Below, piece by piece: positions 52,434-64,000 of a DNA stretch of 64,000 bases. The DNA comes from Octopus bimaculoides. Lineage: Eukaryota. Position 1 is the stretch's first letter; every line of letters begins with the position of its first letter. The stretch is taken from the NCBI RefSeq assembly GCF_001194135.2, contig NC_068985.1, positions 115,031,155-115,095,154 on the forward strand. Direction: 5' to 3'. Both the position numbers and the translations under genes were made by a program. Under the pieces are notes generated by a model, which saw only the letters and a list, made by a program, of their open reading frames with translations, made no database searches and was not told the origin of the DNA.

Positions 52434-53130
52434 ATAGATAGATAGATAGATAGTAATAATAACAATAATCCTTGGATGGAAGTTATAATCATTTTAATGC
52501 ATCGTTACGCGCCAATCCACAAATCACATGTCTCTTAAGATCACAGTCCGTATTCCTGGGATAATTACGGTGTTGTCCGTAATATCAGCGGGCATCGGAT
52601 AGATCATCATGGATCCATTTCTTCAGGCGATATAACATTAATAGATCCATAAAGGATTATTGTTGTTATTACTATATTTATCCTACATTATATCGGCACA
52701 GCTCGATGCAACCGCAAGTGGCCCACCAGTCACCATCATTATACTGTGGCCGGCATAATGAATAGGAGCTTTATTTGAATATTCAAAAACGTTACCTGTA
52801 ACCAAATTTAAAAGATGTGTGTGTATGTGTGTGTGTGTGTGTATGTGCGTATGTGCGTATGTGTGCGTGTGAGTATATATTCGATTTAAGCAGATACGCA
52901 TAAAGTTCAAGTATGAATTATTCTCAAATGTCCTCTTTTCTGCTCAATCTGTTGCTCTTAGAGATAGTTTTAGCTGCTTATGTATATACACGCAAGTCAG
53001 TCATACTTGGATTTATTGCAATGTAATTAGGTGTTGGAATTCTGCCACTCGTTTACTAATTGAGCTCTTAATTACCTCTGATCTATCTTTTGATATTAAT
53101 AATCAGATTCTCTCTATATATAGATATATA

Positions 53131-53820
53131 GGCGTGACTGCGTGGTAAGAAGCCTGCTTTCCAGCTATATTGCTTTGGGTTCATTCCCACTTGGGCAAGT
53201 GTCTTCTACTAGAGCCTAGGGCCAACCAAAGACTAGTGAGTGGATTTGAAAGATGCAAATTGAAAGAAGCCTTTTGTATTTATATATTTATATGTATGAA
53301 AATTATTGGCGTCAGGAAGACCCAAGAGGTATTAAATAAGCGCTAAGTAAGTGCTATGGATAGACCATGGTTAAGCTCCAGGCTCGATAACGATACAAGT
53401 GAGGAGTTCAACGCGGGTCATGTATTAGCATGCATATATATAAATTGACAGAATGAGATTAAAAAAAAAAGCCAAGGCAGTAAATAAATTTCATAACATT
53501 TATCAAGAAGATAAATATTATGAAATCTATTTACTGCCTTGGTTATTTTTATCTTCATTCTGTCAATTCGTATATATCTATATGTATATAAATCTATGTG
53601 TTTGTGCTTTTGTGTCTGTGTTTGTCCCCACTCCTCATCACTGCTTGACAACTGGTGTTTCGTGTGTTTATGTCACCGCAGTCTAGCGCTTCTGCAAAGA
53701 GAGAACGATAGAATAAGTACTTGGCTTTAAAATATTAAGTGCCGGGGTCGATTTGTTCTACTGAAACACTTCAAGGCAATGCTGCAGACAAATGACTGGA
53801 ACAAATAAAAAGATGAAAGA
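53131..53820 (+). mobile_element. SINE family A with inserts in its internal microsatellite
   Basis: Head at 53131-53290, tail at 53590-53820, and about 300 bp of extra sequence between them. Confidence 0.7.
53443..53568. mobile_element. ~126-bp palindromic MITE-like element
   Basis: Inner arms 53472-53504/53510-53542 (33 bp, 2 mismatches, 5-nt loop), outer arms AATTGACAGAATGA/TCATTCTGTCAATT, TA-rich flanks. Confidence 0.7.
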
Positions 53821-54043
53821 ATATATATATATATATATATAAGGCAGTTGTTTACTGTCAACTTAATGTGACAGACCCATTAAGGGAATCATACTGCCGT
53901 TGTTTAGCCCGAGGAAGCTAGACCGCTTCCTGTTGGCCTTGACAAATTTCCTGTGTCCTTATATTTGTGAAGGGGAGACAAGCTTTCCCACCCAGCTTTA
54001 GTCTGTGTGTGTGTATACTTGTATGTCTGTATATATGTATATG

Positions 54044-54123
<80 letters not shown>

Positions 54124-55455
54124 GCAGTGTGTGTGTGTGTGTGTGCGCCCGCGTTTGTACGTATGTATATGCATAATATATATGTGTGTGTGGGTGTTTC
54201 TGTATCAAGTACAGGAGGTCTGAACAACCGTGTTGCTCGAGGTCCAATGTTCCAAAAAAGAATTATTTCATGTTCTCTCGAAAGCTCGGAAGCGAATATA
54301 TATTTTTATGATCTCAACGATATACATGTAAATGTATGTCTACCTATGTATGTATGTATGTATGTATGTATGTATGTATGTATATGCTATATATATATAT
54401 ATATATATATATATANNNNNNNNNNNNNNNNNNNNNNNNNNNNNNNNNNNNNNNNNNNNNNNNNNNNNNNNNNNNNNNNNNNNNNNNNNNNNNNNNNNNN
54501 NNNNNNNNNNNNNNNNNNNNNNNNNNNNNNNNNNNNNNNNNNNNNNNNNNNNNNNNNNNNNNNNNNNNNNNNNNNNNNNNNNNNNNNNNNNNNNNNNNNN
54601 NNNNNNNNNNNNNNNNNNNNNNNNNNNNNNNNNNNNNNNNNNNNNNNNNNNNNNNNNNNNNNNNNNNNNNNNNNNNNNNNNNNNNNNNNNNNNNNNNNNN
54701 NNNNNNNNNNNNNNNNNNNNNNNNNNNNNNNNNNNNNNNNNNNNNNNNNNNNNNNNNNNNNNNNNNNNNNNNNNNNNNNNNNNNNNNNNNNNNNNNNNNN
54801 NNNNNNNNNNNNNNNNNNNNNNNNNNNNNNNNNNNNNNNNNNNNNNNNNNNNNNNNNNNNNNNNNNNNNNNNNNNNNNNNNNNNNNNNNNNNNNNNNNNN
54901 NNNNNNNNNNNNNNNNNNNNNNNNNNNNNNNNNNNNNNNNNNNNNNNNNNNNNNNNNNNNNNNNNNNNNNNNNNNNNNNNNNNNNNNNNNNNNNNNNNNN
55001 NNNNNNNNNNNNNNNNNNNNNNNNNNNNNNNNNNNNNNNNNNNNNNNATATATATATATATATATATATATATAAAGATATATATATGTGCACATATCTA
55101 TGTATGTATATGTACATATATATATTTATGTGTGTGTGTGTGTGTGTTTGTATGTTTGTATGTGTGTGTTTGTGTGTGTCTGTGTGCTTATATGCGTAAA
55201 GGTAATAAATATATAACTCTGATTATGTAGGCTCAGTGATTGTATCATAACTCTTTCAATAGATTTGAATGCTGATGGAAATGTCGTCTAGGGATAATTT
55301 GTCTTCCAAGAGGCCGAAAGAGCAAAGTATATTACTAATTAGAGATATATAACAAGCATAAAAATATCACACAAGTGTACAAGATTGACGGTCAAGCATC
55401 AATAACCACGTAACTCATGTGCTAATACAGCTAGGTTATGTATACGCATAGTTAC

Positions 55456-55500
<45 letters not shown>

Positions 55501-55732
55501 NNNNNNNNNNCACACACACACCCACACACACACACACACATACACACACACACACACACAATATATGGTAATATAATAAGATGTATATATTACAGTATGC
55601 TAGATTATAATATCATATTATGTATATATATTGATATACAGATAGGGAGACACATACGTACATACATGCATACATACACGCACACTCACACGTATATACA
55701 TATACACGCGCGCACACACTCACGGACACACA

Positions 55733-55777
<45 letters not shown>

Positions 55778-58389
55778 CTATTGAACTATCTCTCCATCTC
55801 CCTCTCTTTATCTCTTCCTCTTTCTCTTTCTCTCCATATATATATAAACATATCTATTTATATTATTTCATGTAAATGTATTGAGTCTCTGTGAAATAGT
55901 CTTCGCCTTAAACTATATCGTCTTCAGAAACTTGAAATGAGGACCAAACTGTTTAGTTTCGTGCTTTATTAAAGATTTATCAGGGATCACATATGCTGAG
56001 AGGCATAAAGAAGTTTGAAGCACAATGCCTTGAGATACTGCTCTACAGAGTATTACGCTGCGCCTTGCCATTCTTCTAAATTACTAGTCTGAACAAAAAA
56101 ATATAAGCAGGATCGGCTCCTATTTTTTCTCAGTTGAGTGATTTGATATGGGAAAGACAGACATCCAGCAGTAAAAGAAAAATATTGTTCTCATAAAAAA
56201 GAAACATCCCATTAAATATGGACGTAAAATAGCAAACGCACAAAAATAGAAATAAAAAAGAATGAATAAAGAAAGATCGTAAAAAAAGCAATTAAATCTG
56301 TAGATAGAATTGAACCTATAATCATTCGGACATCATTCTTTTTATATTGAACGGGAAAATATATCATTAGAATCCTAAGCAATATTTGAAGACAGTTTTG
56401 TAAAAGCAGCGCTATTAGTAGAGCAGATAAAAAGCTTCTTACGGTGAATAGAATAATAAAGCTGGAGAAGCCTCTTATATTTCTATAAAGGCAGTTGATG
56501 TAGCGCTACAAGTACATGGAATTGGTGTTGGTAATGTCGATGTTCGTTGATGACAATGTTGCTGGAAATGAGTGTGCTGGGGGTGGTTGGTTTTGGTAGC
56601 AATGAAATGTTCCTCGCAATTTCTAATAAACGGGCGGCCATCTTGCCTGCTTACTTGGCTAGTAATGAACAACTTCAAGTGCAGTGATATATATACCTTA
56701 CATACAGCTGGCTGAATTCGAACGATTGAAGATCTGTAAAAATATGTTCAACTCTGATGTGCTCAGTTTGAACTAAATTCTAATTCTCTTCTCATTCGGC
56801 CTCTGTATATCCTGTGAGAAATTGTCCAGCAGCTTAGATAGCAGTAGTAGTAGTAGCAGCAGCAGCACATTTTCAATTCAAGAATATTCTTCACAAAGAA
56901 TCAATAAACAACACTTACGGATTCCTCAAGAACCTTTTGTAAAAAGGAATGGAAATAGCAGACTAAAATCTGAAAATGAGCTTTACATAGCAATTTCGAT
57001 GAGGAAAATGCTATAATGAGATGCAAATAAACTAGCAGCTGAGAGAAATCCTTTCAAAAGTTAATTATCTTAGAGTAACGTGCTTCCAATTTAACACTCA
57101 GAAAGTGCGACCATTTTTATAGCTAAAAGGTCACCTGGAGTAATTCTAAAGAATTCTAAAGCCGCTGTATACATCAGAGGTTTGTAAAGAAAGAGATGAG
57201 ACACAGGAGCTAAACGAACAACTATTGAAAAGATGGACAATGCGTTTAAAATAGAATGACAGCAACAAAATAAAAACCCAAATTCCAAATATGCGCGCGC
57301 GCGCGCGCGTGTGTGTGTGTGTCTGTGTGTGTGTGTGTGTGTATGCGGGTGTATGCATATCTGAATATGTATAACACAGGTAAGTGTGTATGTGTGTGTA
57401 TATTATATATATATATGTATATATATGTATATATATANNNNNNNNNNNNNNNNNNNNNNNNNNNNNNNNNNNNNNNNNNNNNNNNNNNNNNNNNNNNNNN
57501 NNNNNNNNNNNNNNNNNNNNNNNNNNNNNNNNNNNNNNNNNNNNNNNNNNNNNNNNNNNNNNNNNNNNNNNNNNNNNNNNNNNNNNNNNNNNNNNNNNNN
57601 NNNNNNNNNNNNNNNNNNNNNNNNNNNNNNNNNNNNNNNNNNNNNNNNNNNNNNNNNNNNNNNNNNNNNNNNNNNNNNNNNNNNNNNNNNNNNNNNNNNN
57701 NNNNNNNNNNNNNNNNNNNNNNNNNNNNNNNNNNNNNNNNNNNNNNNNNNNNNNNNNNNNNNNNNNNNNNNNNNNNNNNNNNNNNNNNNNNNNNNNNNNN
57801 NNNNNNNNNNNNNNNNNNNNNNNNNNNNNNNNNNNNNNNNNNNNNNNNNNNNNNNNNNNNNNNNNNNNNNNNNNNNNNNNNNNNNNNNNNNNNNNNNNNN
57901 NNNNNNNNNNNNNNNNNNNNNNNNNNNNNNNNNNNNNNNNNNNNNNNNNNNNNNNNNNNNNNNNNNNNNNNNNNNNNNNNNNNNNNNNNNNNNNNNNNNN
58001 NNNNNNNNNNNNNNNNNNNNNNNATATATATATATATATACATGATGCACATTGATGGAAGGAATATATTTAGAAAGTAAGAAGAATGCGGTGAAAGATG
58101 TTGTATATAATATATCCTTTGACCTTTAATTGTTAAAAAAAAAAATGAACAGTGGTGAGAGGAGGCTAGTTAATAGCAAATTTGTATCACGTCAGACGCC
58201 ATTTTCTTTTCTCTTCATCAATTTCTATGTGGGTGTACATTCCCGCATGCGTATACTTGTCTTGCTGTCCATTCTGTCTGTCATTCTCATGCAGACAGAC
58301 GTTCACTCATACTCCTCTCTTTCCCTCATTACATTTGTGTGTATGCATATTTATAAGTGAGTGTGAGTGTTTATGCGTGCATCTGTCTG

Positions 58390-58445
<56 letters not shown>

Positions 58446-58839
58446 AACTATACGTACAGATTCACACGCACTCACACGAACGTATGCTACACACATATAT
58501 AATATGTAAGCACATATATATATGAAAATACTTATGCTTCCATATTTTGCATGAGTGACTGGACTGCTGCCGTGCTGGGGGTAATGCCTTGAAGTGTTTA
58601 CTTGAGAGAATCAATCTCAGTATTTGTAACAGCTTGGCTTACTCTATCGATCTCTTCTCGCGAAATGTCTATGTTGCAAGAATATAAACTTACCAACACC
58701 GGTCGTGAAGCGGTGAGAGTCATACGCAAACACAAATAAGTACACCAATGCGCATGCACTTACACACAAACACAAACATAAGCACGCACACACATATATA
58801 AGTAGGTAGACATACGTACATACATATATACATATATAT

Positions 58840-59239
58840 GGCGTGGCTGTGTGGTAAGAAGCTTGCTTCCCAACCACATGGTTCCGGGTTCAGTCCCACT
58901 GCGTCACACCTTGAGCAAATGTCTTTTACTATAGTCTCGGGACTACCAAAGCTTCGTGAGTAGATTTGGTAGACGGAAACTGTGCTTGTGTGTGTGCGTA
59001 TGTATGTGTGTGTGCGTGCGTGCGCATGTGTGTATATCGGTGTCTGTATGTGTCTCACCATCATCACATGATAGGCGGTGTTTATGTGTTTTATTCCCAG
59101 TAATTTAGTGGTTCGTCAAAAGAGGCTGATAGAATAAGTTCTAGGTTTTTTAAAAATGTAAGTCCTGGGGTCGAATTGTTTTACTAAATTTCTTCAAGAC
59201 GGTGCCCCAGCATGACTGTAGTCATGCTGGAACAAATAA
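58840..59239 (+). mobile_element. SINE family A
   Basis: Head, internal TG-rich tract and tail are homologous to 1261-1680. Confidence 0.8.
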
Positions 59240-59415
59240 NNNNNNNNNNNNNNNNNNNNNNNNNNNNNNNNNNNNNNNNNNNNNNNNNNNNNNNNNNNNN
59301 NNNNNNNNNNNNNNNNNNNNNNNNNNNNNNNNNNNNNNNNNNNNNNNNNNNNNNNNNNNNNNNNNNNNNNNNNNNNNNNNNNNNNNNNNNNNNNNNNNNN
59401 NNNNNNNNNNNNNNN

Positions 59416-59460
<45 letters not shown>

Positions 59461-59749
59461 TTGTGTGTGTGTGTCTGTATATATACACACGAATACATGT
59501 ATGTATATGTTTTGAATATATTTGCCTCTCAGCCTTTCGTGAGTGATAAATGTATTATCATTCTTTCTCGTTTTACAGGATTATTATACTGCGCAACCTC
59601 GGTTTACGAACAATTTTTCTATCATAAAACGCGTAGGGTAAAGTACGGTATCTCATGTAACTAACACGCAAACCGGCAACAACAGTTGGAGACAAGCTGG
59701 GAGTGTCAGCGGGTGAGCCTCAGTTGCTGTTTAGTTTTCGGTGTTGGCT

Positions 59750-60005
59750 TCTCTGGAATTTCCTTCTTCAGCAAGACACTTTATTTCACGTTGCTCCAGT
59801 TAACACAGCTGTAGAAATGAGTTGCGACTTCACTGGTGCTAAGCTGTATCGGTCTCTGCCTTTCCCTTGGATAACATCGGTGGTGTAGAAAGGGGAGGCT
59901 GGCATGCTGGCCTTCCATAAACAACTTTGCTCGGACTTGTGCCTCGGAGGCTAACTTTCTAGGTGCAATCTCATTGTCATTCATGACCAAAGGGAGGCTC
60001 CTCCT
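59750..60005 (+). mobile_element. SINE body with shared central domain and a third tail type
   Basis: CAGCAAGACACTTTATTTCACGTTGCTCCAGTTAACACAGCTG (59769-59811) is homologous to 8000-8048 and 14081-14131. The head is not recognisable. Confidence 0.6.
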
Positions 60006-61349
60006 CCATATATATACAAACATATACATACACACATATATGTACATACACACACACACACACAAACACACATGCTTACACACACACACACATGCTCAGT
60101 GAACAGTGTTTCCGTCGATTCAGTTCACTTGCGAGGCACCAGTCGATCTACGGCTATAATAGAAATCACTTGCCCAAGGTGCCGCGCTGTGGAATAGAAC
60201 CCAAAGCCACATGATTACAAAGCGAGCTTCTCAATTACACAGCAATGCCCGTACATTTTATAACTCTGAGTGCATAAAAAGTAAGGAGCATTCATTAAAC
60301 ATGGTGGTGGCAGGATTCCGTAAAATGACTGTCCATTCAACTGCAGTTTCTAGCAACGCGGGCGAGGACGTAGCTGTAGTAGCAGTGATTGCTAATATGG
60401 CATCTAAAACACATACACATATAATCAGCAGAAGAAGAACAAATAAAACTTGTGCAAGTACTTATTAGTAAATCTACAGAATGGCAAGGCCTGTCTTGCT
60501 AGACGAGTTCTTTAGGCTTTATGGCTAATAAAATGTCCAAACAACCAATGCTTGTATGGAATAACGGACGCCAAAGCGGTGATAGATAATGATGACGATG
60601 TGGGAACTACATATACATACCTACATGAATATATATATATATACGTATATATGCATGTATATATATATATANNNNNNNNNNNNNNNNNNNNNNNNNNNNN
60701 NNNNNNNNNNNNNNNNNNNNNNNNNNNNNNNNNNNNNNNNNNNNNNNNNNNNNNNNNNNNNNNNNNNNNNNNNNNNNNNNNNNNNNNNNNNNNNNNNNNN
60801 NNNNNNNNNNNNNNNNNNNNNNNNNNNNNNNNNNNNNNNNNNNNNNNNNNNNNNNNNNNNNNNNNNNNNNNNNNNNNNNNNNNNNNNNNNNNNNNNNNNN
60901 NNNNNNNNNNNNNNNNNNNNNNNNNNNNNNNNNNNNNNNNNNNNNNNNNNNNNNNNNNNNNNNNNNNNNNNNNNNNNNNNNNNNNNNNNNNNNNNNNNNN
61001 NNNNNNNNNNNNNNNNNNNNNNNNNNNNNNNNNNNNNNNNNNNNNNNNNNNNNNNNNNNNNNNNNNNNNNNNNNNNNNNNNNNNNNNNNNNNNNNNNNNN
61101 NNNNNNNNNNNNNNNNNNNNNNNNNNNNNNNNNNNNNNNNNNNNNNNNNNNNNNNNNNNNNNNNNNNNNNNNNNNNNNNNNNNNNNNNNNNNNNNNNNNN
61201 NNNNNNNNNNNNNNNNNNNNNNNNNNNNNNNNNNNNNNNNNNNNNNNNNNNNNNNNNNNNNNNNNNNNNGAGAGGGCCATGACATACTTATAATGTCTAT
61301 TGGATTTCGATTTCTCTAAGGAAATTGGTGGTGCCGTGTAATTGGTGGG

Positions 61350-62360
<1,011 letters not shown>

Positions 62361-62945
62361 ATAAAAAAAAAAATAATGATGATGGTGGTTACTTTTTTTT
62401 TTATTTACCATAGGGAGAACCAGATGAAGGGGACATTACAAGGATAGTTTACAAATTGTTTTGGGGTTTACATAAATAATAAGAGGAAAGGAAGAGAAGA
62501 GGAGGGGAAAGAGGAAATGCAATAAATAAAAGTATGCTTAGTGCAAAACATATTTGAACAGATTCTATGATACAGCCCTCCTCATACAGGAGAAACTTTA
62601 ACTCAGCTCATTCAAGGAACCCTGGACATCCAGAGTACCCTTTGATCACTCACCCACCTGTTGTTCCGCCGGCGCGTGCTTTCAGTAGGTACATTCACTC
62701 TTAACCCCTTTTGCCAGTCATCAACCTTTTGAGAAAGCCGGAGCCTGCCTTTGGTTTCTTCTAGCGAAATGGAGTTGTTTTTTTTAACCCAATATTTACA
62801 TACTATTACCTATAGCTTTATCTACTTCGAGCTTCACCTTTGGAAAACGAAATTATTTCACATTCTCTCGAATTCTTATGATGTCAACAATGTATGTATA
62901 TTAAAGAATGTAGTTGTATAAAGCCGGAGCACAATTTAACCTTGT

Positions 62946-62984
62946 ATTTCTATACTTCAGGGTGAAACCCCTTCTTCAGGACAT
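62946..62984 (-). ncRNA. Decayed minimal hammerhead motif in a Penelope 3' region
   Basis: ATGTC-CTGAAGA-A-GGGG-TTTCA-CCCT-GAA-G-TAT-A-GAAAT, about 100 nt downstream of the GIY-YIG stop at 63081. Confidence 0.55.
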
Positions 62985-63080
62985 TCGGAAAAGCGGTGTT
63001 TGGAAGAAGTTTGTTGCTCAGAAGCGTGTGGGTAGGGACAGGTGAGGAAGGTGGAAAGTGACATGCGCTGACGGTTGTTG

Positions 63081-63315
63081 CTATAGCAACCAGTCTGTTT
63101 TGTATGGTTCCTTTCTGTTGTTAATAGCTGGTTTCAATTTATTTATAAGCTGGGCTTCCATAATTCTGAGATTACCCCTGTTGCGTTGGGTTGACATGAT
63201 GGAAACTTTGAAGTTCCGGGTTTGGCACTTGTTGGAGTTTTTTTTATTTATCGAAATGTCTGTCTACTTGTGCACATTTATACGGAGGTATAATTTCCTA
63301 TTGGGGTGCTCCCTA
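63081..63315 (-). mobile_element. Penelope-like element GIY-YIG C-terminal remnant
   Basis: [11 protein letters not shown], then after a frameshift NKCQTRNFKVSIM...LRIMEAQLINKLKPAINNRKE...LL*. The 5' end is cut by (CA)n. Confidence 0.75.
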
Positions 63316-63319
63316 TGTA

Positions 63320-63429
<110 letters not shown>

Positions 63430-63821
63430 TTTATATGATAGACTTTCCCATCGGCTTTCGACGTATGAGGATCCGACGACCCACTCTTTCTTTGTCAATC
63501 ATAATGCCTATATCGAATGTGAGATTTCAGTCCCACAAATGATTTGCAAAGAAGCCCTCATATCTTGAAAGTATAAAGATTACGGAAAAGAGCAAGCGGT
63601 ATATTTCCAGCTGCTTTTCTCCTTTGTTTTGCATCCTTTAGCCTGTTAATGCTGTTTGAAACAAAGTCTCTTGTACCATTTTAACACGATGATCTCCATT
63701 TTGCTCGCTCCAAAGCTGTTTGCTCAAAGGTGTTGTGAGCTATAGTGACTCCTGAGAGGTTATTCTTCAGCTTGTCCTTATATCTCAGCTATGGTCGACC
63801 AACATTCCCGTGCCGACTGTC
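63430..63821 (-). mobile_element. RTE (BovB-like) LINE 3' end
   Basis: GRP*LRYKDKLKNNL...FEQTALERAKWR...KQRRKA...CKSFVGLKSHIRYRH*, a short 3' UTR, then (TA)n. Confidence 0.85.
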
Positions 63822-64000
63822 ATATACACGATTGAGTGCGTGTATTTGTGTGTTGATGGGGTGGGAAGGGCACTGATTCCTTTTGTTTCTATGTACAAAT
63901 AAGTCACGATTACAAAAGAATTAAATTAATAAATGAATTCAATCCGATGTCCTCAGCAAAGAATTACATTAACGTTACGCTCGAATGGTATGCAAGCAAA

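Larger units (their letters stand above)
2914..61268. other. 20 dispersed assembly gaps (N runs)
   Basis: N runs start near 2914, 4109, 12444, 14662, 18636, 20347, 24831, 26003, 28107, 29823, 30587, 32085, 36985, 41598, 46664, 54416, 55501, 57438, 59240 and 60672. Confidence 0.98.

Overview
Low-complexity, gap-riddled animal genomic DNA. It is AT-rich, with 20 N-gaps, 14 of which abut (TA)n. The tRNA-derived SINE families resemble those I associate with octopus/coleoid cephalopods (inference, not a search result). I find no convincing host protein-coding gene, and all long ORFs in the track are gap or microsatellite artefacts. The window is a mosaic of microsatellites, at least four SINE families, and decayed LINE fragments (three RTE, one R4/Dong-like). 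It also holds three different Penelope-like GIY-YIG endonuclease remnants, a Helentron/DINE-1-like element, a hAT-type MITE and palindromic MITE-like elements. The most notable signal is a set of type-I hammerhead ribozyme (HHR) folds in non-coding, Penelope-type terminal-repeat remnants: (1) a fully canonical one with a palindromic helix III (18188-18257, minus); (2) a long-stem one (42087-42186, plus); (3) a five-copy family with an unusual CUGUNGA core, two copies forming an inverted pair (22481-22830); (4) a decayed one just downstream of a GIY-YIG stop codon (62946-62984, minus); (5) a possible G3-C8 core-swapped variant (761-810). The folds were read by eye and none has been tested for activity.
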